64,000 bases of DNA from Ginglymostoma cirratum (taxonomy: Eukaryota): assembly GCA_024137785.1 (NCBI GenBank), contig JAHRHZ010000078.1:2523027-2587026 (forward strand). The letters are read 5' to 3'. Within the stretch, counting starts at the first letter, position 1; every line of letters starts with the position of its first letter. The translations under genes were made by a program, and so were the position numbers. Below the pieces are notes generated by a model. It had not been told where the DNA came from. It ran no database searches and saw nothing but the letters and a program-made list of their open reading frames with translations. Positions 38,791 through 50,214 of the stretch are shown here, piece after piece.

Positions 38791-39104
38791 GTAGAATCCC
38801 TACTGTGCGGAAACAGGCCATTCGGCGCATCAAGTCCACACAGACCCTCCAAAGAGCATCCCATCCCACCCAGACCCATCCCTTACCCTACCCTGCATTT
38901 CCCACCCTAGACACTATGGACAATTTAGCACAGCCAATCCACCTACCCTGCACATCTTTGGACTGTGGGAGGAAACCGGAGCACCTGGAGGAAACCCACG
39001 CAGACAAGGGGAGAATGTGCAAACTCCACACAGACAGCCGCCGGAGGCTGGAATCTAACCTGGCACTGTGAGGCTGCAGTACTGACCACTGAGCCACCGT
39101 GCCG
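38791..39104 (-). mobile_element. HE1-type SINE, near full length
   Basis: Minus strand cggcacggtggctcagtggtcagtactgcagcctcacag...gtgtggagtttgcacattctcccc (tRNA head + V-domain). Confidence 0.85.
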
Positions 39105-39714
39105 TTCTCTGATGGTGATCCCATCCATGTTTTTCAGATAGACAGGAAGAGGAGTTGCACATCTGATTGTTCAGGAAGTGAGTGTTCTGAGCTTGATAAT
39201 GGTTTCCCAGTTCCAGCCCAAATTAGGAGGTGATGCTGACTTACTCCAGAGTCTACTCCACTTGGAGCTTTTGAGAAGTTAACCATGGCTGTCTTGCCTT
39301 CACATGATTTAAGCCCATCATCCCAGTGGACGCACTGGTGCTGTACAGACAAAGTGTTGCACTGTTTGGAGGTGCCATCAGTTAGATGTGACGTTAAACT
39401 TAGAGCCATGTTTGTACTTTCATGGAATGCAGCAATTCAAGGAGTTTACGACCACTGTCTTGAGGGAAATTAGGGACGTGTAATAGAATTAGAAGCACAG
39501 GAGTACAGTGAAAAGCTTCTCATGGTGCCATTTTAGGTACAAAGTATCTAGGTACAATTTTAGATTCAAACAGAGGGATAAGGAAGAAAAATGTCGCATT
39601 ACCTTGCAGTGATACATAGTATAAGTTAGAAATAAGACATAGTTAAAAGGATAAACATTTCAATCAGATAAACAGATTACAGAAGAAAATTACATCGCAA
39701 TAGATCAAGTCAGA

Positions 39715-40160
39715 CAGTAAGAACTGCAGATGTTGGAGTCAGAGATAACACAGTGGAGGAACACAGCTGGAGAAACACAGCAGGTCAGGCAGCATCAGAG
39801 GAGCAGGAAAGTTGACGTTTCGGTTCAGGACTCTTCTTCAGAAATGGGGGAGGGGGAAGGGAGCTCAGAAATAAATAGAGAGGAGGGGTGGGGCTTGGGA
39901 AGGTAGATGGGATGGTGATAGGTGAGTGCAGGTAGGCAGTGGTGGGGATTGGTCAGTGAGGTGGGAGGGGTGGATAAGTGGGAGAGAAGATGGACAGGTT
40001 GCCACGTCAAGGGGGAGGGGATGAGAGGGACGGTTGGTCATGAGATGAGGCCGGAGGTGGGGAGATTTTGAAACTGCTGAAGTCCATGGTTAGGCCATTG
40101 CGCTGTAGGCTCCCGAGGCAGAATATGAGGTGCTGCTCCTCCAGTTGTCAAGTGCTGGCA
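39715..40160 (-). mobile_element. Penelope-like 3' fragment with pLTR
   Basis: Homologous to the left arm of 42799-43848; LEEQHLIFCLGSLQ on minus. Confidence 0.75.
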
Positions 40161-40781
40161 TTCGTTGTGACGTCCACATCTTGTTAACAAATAAAAAATG
40201 TGGCTGGACCAAGGACTTGTCCTGCTGTTGCACTAATTAACGTCTGACAGAACCATCTTGTTCCAGGTATTGGGTTTGACTGCGTCCACAGGAGAGTTTT
40301 CCCCCGATTCTGTACCCACCTCTGCTTTGCCAAGGCATCTTGATGCCTCAGTTGATCAAATGCTGCCTTGCTATTAAGGGCAGTTACCTTATCTCTCCTC
40401 TGACATCTAGTCCCTTTGTCCTTCTCTGGCTCATTACTCTCATGAGGTCTGAGAATTGCTGAGCAGGTTATTAGTGGGGTAGTGTTACTTCTTGACTCTA
40501 ACGGAGCTGAATTTGTCACAATATGTTATCTTGTTAGCAGTTAATGGTAGCTATTGATTTTGACCCAGCCAGTCTTACACTTTATGTGGTCACTGTCTGA
40601 TCTTTGACCTTCTCAGACTCTGTGCAGTCCATGTTTGATACTGACCCTCCAGAATCAGTGTTCAGTACGTCTTGCTTTCTTCTGGTATGTTACACCAGTG
40701 CTCACTTAGGCACTCACTATTTCTATGGTTAGTTATTCTGTAAACTCTGTAACTCACTCGTGGTTGATTGCTGTCTTTCAG

Positions 40782-41004
40782 GCATGCACTGCCGCTGTTT
40801 ACATCACTGTTGAACATTGTGTGTGCATATGACCCTGTGGGATATGGCATTCCGTACAATCACTTGCTGTTCTCCGACTACCGGGAGCCCCTGGTGGAGG
40901 TGGCTGCCCAGGTCCTCATCGCTACCCTGGACCATGATGCCTCCACCAGCCTGAGCCCATCTGTCGATGGGACCACAACGAGCACGGCCATGGATGATGC
41001 AGAG
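40782..41004 (+). CDS. HID1: HID1 coding exon 7 (223 bp)
   Basis: ctttcag|G CAT...GAG|gtagga; HALPLFTSLLNIVCAYDPVGYGIPYNHLLFSDYREPLVEVAAQVLIATLDHD...AMDDAE. Confidence 0.97.
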
Positions 41005-42798
41005 GTAGGACACTTGGCACAAGCCCCAGCTGTGACCGTTTTCCTCACTATTGTCTCTGCGCATGTTGGAAGCGCTTTGTCAAGCTTTGTATGAAACCGT
41101 TTTGGCTGGTGACTGTTGCCTCTGACTCAGGGACTAGACCAGACCAGGAAACTTCTGTCCCCACTCCCTTTCTTGTTAACCCACTGATCATGCTGGAAGG
41201 AAAGCTGTCACTATGACATTTACCTTCACCTGCGTACCAGTGTTTTTGCCTTGAGTTCTGACACCGAGTACCAGCAGGTAGCTGATCAGTGGTGAAGAGG
41301 TCCAGTTTTCACAACATGGTGGAACTAGCTGAGCAGTCTCTTTCTGTTCCTCATCCCTAACTCGCAAGTTGAAGGTAATTGAGCACTGGTTTGATCTACT
41401 CCATGTTAATATCTTATAGGTTCTGCTCATATCTAATATGTTGAAGGTAGCAAGTTAAACAAGTGTTTAATATTGATTAGTTAATTATGGGAGGGGCTCC
41501 CAGGGTGTTTATGATGCAATGGTAGTGCACTACCTCTGGACCAGGAGGTCTAGGTTCAAGTCCCACTTGTTCCAGAGGTGTGTAATAACATCTCTACATA
41601 GGTTGACCAAAAAACATTTTCTCTGTGGGCCAGTAGTCTTGTAGCTCACCCATCCCTGTGTTATTGAGGACTGCAGTGTCCACTTGTTCACAATGTGAAG
41701 AGACTCCTGGGTTTCTGTGGCACAATGGTAGTGCTACTGCCTCTGGATCAGGTTCTGATTCAAGTCTCCCCTTCCCTGGAGATTTAACATAAAGCGCCCA
41801 AACAAGTTTTTAAAATAAATCCTCAGATGTGTGTAGTTCACAGGCACATTTGACACCTTTTCTTGACTGATTGACATTGCGGGAGCCGGGATGTGTAATC
41901 TCCCTTATCGATTACATTCTGATTTGATCCCCTAATTTTTTTTTCAGTTGCAGGGCTGTTTGATGTTTATTTAATTCAGTTCAGATTGGCTTTTAGTTTT
42001 GCAAAAGGACTATTTGGATATATACCTAAATGACATCTTAATTTGATTCCCAAATTTTCCTTGAGTTACGGTACCCCCATTGAGCTGCTTTATTTTTGTT
42101 TGATTAGTTGCACTTGTTTATTCTTAGCACACCATATTTAGATGTGAACAGCATTTTAGTTTAAAGTTCTTCCCAGTTTCCTTTAAAATTTGGAATTGAG
42201 GGTTTTGGTGTCCCTAAGGTCCTGTTCTTATTTTTGTTTGATTTGATTAAATTTAGGTTTGCGGGGAAAAAAAAGAGTTCTTGAAAGTATCTATAAAGAG
42301 CTGGGGTGGGATTGTTTGCTCTGTGGCAAGCAAGAAACCGCCTCCAGCAAGGCATTCTAGTCTCGATAAATGCTTCTTGAATAGGCTTGCAGGTCTATCA
42401 TGCTGAAGTCAGTTTCCCTTGGGGACCATCTACAAGGTCAAAAATCACTGCCACGTTGGTTGGTGGTAACCCACAATGTCATCAGGAGCGGAAGATGAAT
42501 TGAGAAGTATTAAAAATGATATTCTATATCCCCAAGTACAGGATTAATTTCTTAAATAGTGAGATGCTGAGAAATGTCATACTTCAAAGGGACCTGGGTG
42601 TTCTTGTTTATGAGTCATTAAAAATTAACAGTAAGCAAACGAGAAGGCAAATGGCATGTTGGTTCTTAATTCAAGAGGATTTGAATATGAGCGTAAAAAA
42701 CACCTCTGAGTTATGCAGAGCCTCGGTGAGACCACATCTGATGTAAGGTGTTTGGTGGTCTCCCTACCTAAGGCAAAAGGAAGAGATTACAGAATGGG

Positions 42799-43848
42799 AC
42801 AACAGTGTGGAGCTGAAGGAACACAGCAGGCCAGGCAGCATCAGAGGAGCAGGAAAGCTGACGTTTCGCGTTGGGATCTTTCTTCAGAAATGGGGAGGAG
42901 GAAGGGAACTCAGAAATAAAGAGAGGAGAGGTGGGGATGGTGATAGGTGAGCGCAGGTAGGCAGTGGTGGAGATTGGTCAGATAGGTGGGAGAGAAGATG
43001 GACAGGTTTTGTCAGGTCAAGGAGGTGGGAAAGTGAGGGACAGTTGGTCATGGGATGAGGCTAGGGGTGGGGAGATTTTAAAACCGGTGAAATCCACATT
43101 TAGGCCATTGGGTTGTAGGCTCCCGAGGTGGAATATGAGGTGCTGCTCCTCCAGTTTCCGGGTGGCGTCATTGTGATGCTCTAGGAGGCCCAGAATGGAC
43201 GTGTCGCCCAGGGAGTGGGAGGGGGAGTGAAAACGGATCATGACTGGAAGATGTTATCATTTGTTGCGTACAGAGCACAGATGCTCTACAGAACAGTCCC
43301 CGAGTCTCCACTTGGTCTCACTGATGTAGAGGAGGCCACATCGGGAGCAGTGGATGCAGTAGACCAAGTTGACTTTCGTAGGGACCGCGCACTCCACAAT
43401 CGCCAACCGCAAACTGGAGGAGCAGCACCTCATATTCCGCCTTGGAAGCCCACAGCCCAATGGCCTAAAAGTGGATTTTACCAGTTTTAAAATCTCTCCA
43501 CCCGTGGCCTCATCCCATGACTGACCCTCCCTCTCATCCCCGCCTCCTTGACCTGACACAACCTGTCTGCCTTCTCTCCCACCTATCCGCCCCTCCCACC
43601 TCACTGACCAATCTCCACCACTCCCTGCCTGCACTCACCTATCACCATCCCACCTACCTTCCCCAGACTCACCTCCCCTCTCTCTATTTATTTCTGAGCT
43701 CCCTTCCTCCCCCCCCCCCCCCACCCCCACTTCTGAAGAAGGGTCCCAACCTGAAAGATCAATTTTCCTGCTCCTCTGGCCTGCTGTTCTCCTCCAACTC
43801 CACACTGTGTTATCTCTGACTCCAGCATTGGCAGTTCTTGCTATCTCT
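42799..43848. mobile_element. Inverted (fold-back) Penelope-like insertion inside a + strand CR1 fragment (about 42530-44260)
   Basis: GIY-YIG remnant NLVYCIHCSRCGLLYISETKWRLGD; arms of about 360-400 bp are reverse complements; TSD-like GAGATTACAGAATGGG / GAGATGATAGAATGGG. Confidence 0.85.
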
Positions 43849-44292
43849 GAGATGATAGAATGGGTCTGTATTCTCTGAAGTTTAGAAGAATGAAGTGATC
43901 TCATTCAAATACACATTTCTTATAGGGCTTTACAGGATAGATGCCAGGAGGTTTCTCCCCCTGGCTGGGCAATTGAGTCTTGGGAATATAGATTCAGAAT
44001 AAGAGGCAGGTCATTTGCACTGAGATAAGGAGAGGCTTTTTCACATAGAGGAAGGTGGATCTTTGGAACTCTGTGCCCCTGTGGGCCATGCAAGCTCATT
44101 AATGATGTGCAGAACTGAGATGGATAAGTTTCTACATATTACAGACAGAATATGGGAGTGGGCAGGAAGATGGTGTTGGTGCAGAAGATCAACCATGATC
44201 TCTGACTGAGTGTGTGTAAACAGCTGAATGACCTCCTCCTGCTCCTATTTCTTATGTTCTTGAGTCCAAACTTTGTTATTTGTCTTTTACAG

Positions 44293-44349
44293 CCTCCTGG
44301 TCCAGAGAATCTGTTTGTCAACTACTTGTCTAGAATACATAGGGAGGAG
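44293..44349 (+). CDS. HID1: HID1 coding exon 8 (57 bp)
   Basis: ttttacag|CCT...GAG|gtaagt; PPGPENLFVNYLSRIHREE. Confidence 0.96.
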
Positions 44350-45474
44350 GTAAGTTTCCTTCATTTGTTTGCATTAACAAGGAAAGGTTATGGCAGGTGG
44401 TTAGAGCTCACTGGATGTATCATTGTGAGAACGATGAACCAAGGTAACAGTGACCCAGTTAATGCAGCTCTGAGCATCTTTAATTAAATCTAAAAATCCA
44501 GGACCATGTGAGAGTGTGCAGTTTCAGAAGCATGTAACAAGGTCAGGGTCAGACAGAAATTGGCACCAACCAAAGAAGGAGATATTAGAGTACATAACTA
44601 AAGACTTGACCACAAAAGTGCTCTGAAGGAGGAGGGAGGGAAGCAGAGGTTCATGGAGGGAATTTGGAACTTATGGCTTCAATGGCTAGAGACACAGGTA
44701 TCAGCCTTGTGCTGATGGTGTCGGGCAAGAAGCCAGAATTGGAGGAGAGCAGAGCATAGTGGCGGGCTCGAGGAGGTTGTACCTCGATGGAGGCATCGAG
44801 GTATTGAGGAGCTGGGCTCAAAGATGAGAATTTTAAACCTGACACTTTGATTCTGCAAAGTCAGTAGAGGTCTGCAAATTTAGGGCTGAGTTTGGATACA
44901 GGCAGCTGAGCTTTTGGATCAAGTTCTGTTTATGGAGAGTGGAAGATCAAATGCTGAGCAGGAGAGCATTGTAATTGTAAAGTCAGGAAATTACAAAATC
45001 ATGGGTGATGGTTCCAGCAGGGAGTCTCTGAGGCAGAACAGAGGTAGATGATGTTGAAATGGTGAAAGTGGGCAGACTTGGTAAAGAGGAGGACAGGCGA
45101 TCAGAAGTTCAGCTCTGAGTCACTGGGTTTCTAAAGTGTCTGGTTCAGCCTCATGTAGTCATCCGGGAGGGGGATGAAATGTGAAAAGCATTGTTGTTGG
45201 TGGGAACCAGAGATAGTGGCACTGGTTTTGTAAGACCTACTGTTCTCTCAATCCCTCCTCGAACTTCTCTGAATCGCCCCTTTTCCCTCCTCTTCCAATG
45301 CATTACTTAAAATCTACCTCTTTAGCCAAACATTTGATCATCTGTCCGAACATTTCTTTGCTATTAAATTTGTCTGAACGCACAGCTATGAAGTGCATAA
45401 GGGTGCCTGACTACACTCAAGGCACTATATAATGTTGATGTCGAAGGTGAGGAACAGGAGGATAGATGCCAGGT

Positions 45475-46810
45475 TGTTGTGTGTTTGTGTAAGAACGTTG
45501 GACTGTCACTTTAAGAATCTTACCACGTGACATCATGAAGACGTCACTGTCCAGTTAGGAGCGAAAATGCTCAGTCCAACCTTGCTGCTTGTAGAGTGAG
45601 TACCTGCTGTAATAAAACTCCCAATGTTATTGAACACTTTGGCCTCCTATCCTCACAATGTAACACAAGAAAATTGGTGACATGAATGGGATAAAAACTG
45701 CTGTGCGATCCACTGGGTCAATCCACTGATGCACTGAAAAAAAAATCATGGTCTTCACTACAGTTCGTGGAGGCACTTTGATTTAAAAAAAAAATCAAAA
45801 TACTGAACCAGGTACAGTTCACAAAATAAAAGTCATCTTTGGGAAGAGGTGAACAGTGCAGAAGAAGCTCACCCTATTCTCCACCCTGAAAGAACACTGA
45901 ATAACGAATACCCTACACCAAGGGAAATATTTTGAGATAAGAGCATTGACTCAGAAAGAAATAGGCAGCCTCAGGAATACTTTGTTTTAAATGGAAAAAG
46001 TGAGGCAGTGCTAAAATTCTCATGGTGCTCTCAGACCCTTTGCATTTTAAAACCAGTTTAAAATGACTGGAGGTTTTGATGCCATGGAACCATATGATGA
46101 CAACACAGAGCTGGAACTCCTACACAGAGAGGTTCCATTATTTGTTCAAGCTAACAAAATTGAAGCAAATATTGTTGTTCCTGTGTTCCAGAATATTTAG
46201 GGGAAAGACTTCCAACTTCCTGAGGGGTCTGATACAGCCAGAGAAGCCAGGTTCCAAAACTTCACAAATAGTAGGAATTCTCCAGAGTCATTTTTCACCA
46301 AAACCATTGGTGATTACTGAAAGGTTCAGGTTCACAAACAGATTCACCATCATGTTGGCTATATCTCCTGGTTTGCAGCAATTTTACGGAAGTTGGCAGA
46401 GTGCTGCAAATTCAAAGTCAATTTAAATGATGCTGTCAGAGACAGACAGGTGTGTCGTTCAAGATGTGAAGCAATCCAGAAGAGGTTATTGATCGAAAAG
46501 AAACTATACTTAAAACAAGCGCTGAAAGTAACAGTCTCAATGCAGCTAGCAGAAGAAGGAAGCTTAGCAGCTAAGTTTGAGCACACGAGTTCACAAAATG
46601 GCAGCAGAGAGAGTTCCCAAAATGCACCTGAAAGACAAGCATCAATGCAGATTTAAAGCTGCCATAGGTGTGGAAAAATAGGTCACACAGCAGCAAATTG
46701 CTGCTATAAAGAAGCTGAATGCAGAAACTTCGCTAAAGAAAGGCACATTGAATGTGTGTTTGAAGAAGAAAAACATAACCAGGATGACAATTTGCAATTA
46801 ATCTGTTCAA
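45475..46810 (+). mobile_element. Ty3/Gypsy-type LTR retrotransposon 5' part: LTR (45475-45670), PBS-like site and decayed gag
   Basis: LTR termini TGTTGTGT...ACACAAGA with internal AATAAA; followed by aaatTGGTGAC; gag motifs HFSPKPLVITERFRF, LNDAVRDRQVC, AIQKRLL; Zn knuckle CHRCGKIGHTAANC. Confidence 0.8.
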
Positions 46811-46811
46811 C

Positions 46812-48720
46812 AGTGACAACTACAGGTGCAATGTTGGTAATGCACAGTCAAGAGATCACCTGACAATTGCAGCCTTAGCTATGAGCTTTGGCCAAAAGCT
46901 TAATGATGAAGAAGCTAAAGAGGATGATCCTCCCGTCCTGCATTGTGAAGTTAGCAGATCAGATGCAACAGTACAATGGATAAAAGTATCCAGTCTACTT
47001 AAGTTGAGATGTCATTTCTTCCCCTGTTTCAGCCATGTCTTGGTGATAGCTGGATATCATACTCCCACATAGCAATCAATGTGCTCGGCTCAACAGTCTT
47101 ATACCCCACGCTACTTATATTGAATTAAATACATTTATCCCAGCCAAGCTCTTGATGTTTATTTTCTAGTCATTGTTTCAGCTGTATTCCGAAGAGTGTT
47201 GTTCTTCTTGCAGTGCATTTCCTTTTCTCTTCTCTTAATCTGTTAATGGTTTAATAGAGAACTCAGGGGCAACTTTTTCACCTGGAAGGTGGTGCGTGTA
47301 TGGAATGAAGTGCCAGAGAACGTAGTGGAGATGGGAACAAATACAACATTTAAAAGGCATCTGGATGGATACATGAAAATGAAGGGTTTAGAGGGATATG
47401 GGCCAAATGCTGACAAATGGGATTTTGGTTGGTGTGGACGAGTTGGACCGAAAGGCCTGATTCCATTCTGTGTGAATCTGACTCTACTTCAACCTCCTGT
47501 CAAATGTGAAACGAAGCAGAAAGTATCCATCATTTAGCTGGTCAGTGACAAACTTAAACCAAAGGACAGTGGAAGTTACACTTCTGACATTGAAGACTAA
47601 TGAATCAGTGCTTCCTTGAAAGTTAATCCCCTCCGGTACTTTTCAAACAAGTTCTTCAGAATAAGAAAGCTGCTAAAGTAATACCACCGCTGCACGCTGT
47701 GAGTTTACAAAGTTTGCTGCTCCTGTAGAATGGAGAAAGGGCAATATGTTGCTTCGTCCCACTGCCAAGTGTGAAGTAAAGCAAGTGGGTTCTGTTGCTG
47801 AATTTGAAACGAGAAAATGCAGGAGAATATGTACCTGTGATTCAAGAGATCAACAGGCCACAACTTCCCATAAAGTGAAAGGAAATCCAGTGGCTTTCAT
47901 GAAACCCTTGGATGACATTGTTTGGAAGAGAGAGGAATGAGCACCTTGGAATGTGAAGTATCAATACCCAAAGTCAGTCCTATCTGGCAAAAGTGGCATT
48001 TGGTTCAAGTGACAAATATGTTTTCTAGGGCATGACCTGAATGAAAGTGATGCTGGATTGTATACTTGGGACGTAGGCACCGACGGAGCAAGTGCTAAGG
48101 TCACCAACCAAGATCTAAACCTTGGAAAACAGCTACAGAGCACAGAGATTGAAGAAGATGAAAATAGAACTTTTGAATGCATGCTTTCTCATGAAAGTGT
48201 TAATGAATATTACTGGACTGTAAATGGTGTGTTAGTGGAAGGCAGCGAACAATTTGAGGTGTTTAATATTGGCCGAAAGTACATCCCTAACCTTAAGGAG
48301 ATGGCTTTTCTGGATGCTGGAGAGGTAACTCTCCATTTGCGAAATCTCAGCTCAAAAGCTTTCTTGATGGTGGAAAAAACCAGCAGAAATCGCAAAGCAA
48401 CATAAGAACTTGGTGTCGATAGAAGCTTAAGAGATTGTACTGAGCTGTGAAACCTGTAAGCCTGATTCTTCACTGAAGTGGTTTAAGCATAACAAAACAA
48501 TTAGAAAGAGTCATACATATGAAATGTCTCAACCAGGAACTGTAAACAAATTGCTAATGTCTCAAGTTCCATGCACAATGATCAGTGACCTCGCGCCAAT
48601 TTTAGTACTGGCCTCCAGTTCCAAAAGTTAGGGAAAAATGTTAGAGATAATGCTGCAAGTCACTACAAAGGGCACAGGAGAGTATACATGTGAAACATGG
48701 ATTTTTAAAGCCATAGCGTC
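46812..48720 (+). pseudogene. Intronless fragment of tandem I-set Ig domains, obscurin-like (processed pseudogene fragment)
   Basis: YRCNVGNAQS; VLHCEVSRSDATVQW; LKPKDSGSYT; APVEWRKG; ESDAGLYTWDVG; TFECMLSHES; VLSCETCKPDSSLKWFKHNKTIRKS; TGEYTCET; many stops and frameshifts. Confidence 0.75.
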
Positions 48721-48721
48721 T

Positions 48722-49200
48722 GGTGTTTGTGCTGTCCCCTGTGATATCCCCTGTACTGATGTTCCCACTGTCCCTGTGATGTGCCCTGTACTGGTGTTTG
48801 CACTGTCCCCTGTGATATTCCTTGTACTGAGTTTGCCAAATTGCCATTCATTTTTTCACAAATGCTTTACTCCAGATTAACTTGGATAGGCCAAATTGAG
48901 TTAAATGACAAGTCTGTTAGTGGTAATTAAGCACTGTTAAAGATGCTAGAGTATGATTTACTTGTTGAAGCTGTTACTCCGTAGCACCAAGAGGAAGTGA
49001 CAGAAAACAATACTGGCACCAGTGTGAAGGATAATGTACAGGACAGTGTAGACATCTGTGTGGGGGATATCACTGTACAGAACAGACAATACGTAGGTGA
49101 TATCACTGTGTATAGGGCTGATACTAATGGAGGGATTATCAGTGTGCAATGTGGACACCAGTACAGGGGATATCACTGTGAATAATGCTGACACCAGAGC
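48722..49200. repeat. Two oppositely oriented arrays of a ~35-bp unit (CTGTGATATCCCCTGTACTGGTGT)
   Basis: + copies at 48722-48830, reverse copies at about 49010-49200. Confidence 0.7.
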
Positions 49201-49561
49201 AGCAGATAACGCTGTGTGCTGACAGCAGAATGAGGGGTATCTTGGGTCAATGTGGATACCAGCAAAGAACATCTCACAGGACACCGTACAAACAGCAGTC
49301 CAGGGAACTTTGTGGAAAGTACAACGTCAGAACAGGATGAAGGCAGATTCATGTGGAGCTGTGCAAATTATGAACACTCCCTTTTAATTCACTTTATATG
49401 TGAACTGTCAGGGTTGCTTAAATTTGGAATACAAGACTTTATTACATAATGGTGCAACAAATTGCATATTGAATGGGAGTCTGCCTGGAAACTACTCTGA
49501 TGCAGTCAGTCTATGTCTGAAAAGTGGATATGAGTGATTGTATTTGTTTTCGGCTACTCAG

Positions 49562-49702
49562 GATTTCCAGTTCATTCTGAAAGGTCTGGCTCGTTTGTTA
49601 AACAACCCATTGCTTCAGACGTACCTACCCAACTCGACCAAGAAAATTCAGTTCCATCAGGAGCTGCTGGTTCTCTTCTGGAAACTCTGTGATTTCAACA
49701 AG
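49562..49702 (+). CDS. HID1: HID1 coding exon 9 (141 bp)
   Basis: tactcag|GAT...AAG|gtggga; DFQFILKGLARLLNNPLLQTYLPNSTKKIQFHQELLVLFWKLCDFNK. Confidence 0.97.
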
Positions 49703-50123
49703 GTGGGACTCTGGCACCAGCACAGAGACTTTTGTGGGGTGGGGGTGGTGGTGGCTACTGAGTGAGAGTGGGGGAGCAGGCACTGAGCGAGGCTGGGAGG
49801 GCCCCTGGGGGAGGGGGAGCACTGCGGAGGCGGAACACTGAGGATGGCTGTGGGAGGGGGAGCACCGAGTGAGGCAGGGGGAGTGCACCGAGGGAGACAG
49901 GTGGTGCGAGGGGGTAACCTGGGGCTGGCGGAGGTGGCACCAAGCGATACTGAGGGGAGAGAGTGGGGCACGGAATGAGACGGGGAAGGGGGCGCACTGA
50001 CGGAATCTGGGACAGGGCAGGGGGTCACTGAGCAAGACTGAGTGGTGGCGGGGAGAATGTTGAAGTGCTTTCATTTTCTAAAGTCTGCCATTTGCCAATT
50101 GTCCTGGATTTTTTCTTTGGCAG

Positions 50124-50214
50124 AAATTCCTTTTCTATGCCCTGAAGAGCAGTGATGTCCTGGACGTCTTGGTGCCCATCCTGTACTATCTGAATGACGC
50201 CCGAGCAGACCAAT
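50124..50214 (+). CDS. HID1: HID1 coding exon 10 (91 bp, ends phase 1)
   Basis: tttggcag|AAA...CAA T|gtaagc; KFLFYALKSSDVLDVLVPILYYLNDARADQ(S). Confidence 0.96.

Noticed and set aside
41505-41612. tRNA gene
   Set aside because: A/B-box-like motifs, but no convincing cloverleaf, and several diverged copies share a 3' extension, so this is a SINE head.
46812-48720. Functional nested Ig-domain gene or alternative HID1 exons
   Set aside because: Multiple stops, frameshifts, deletions and a CR1 insertion.
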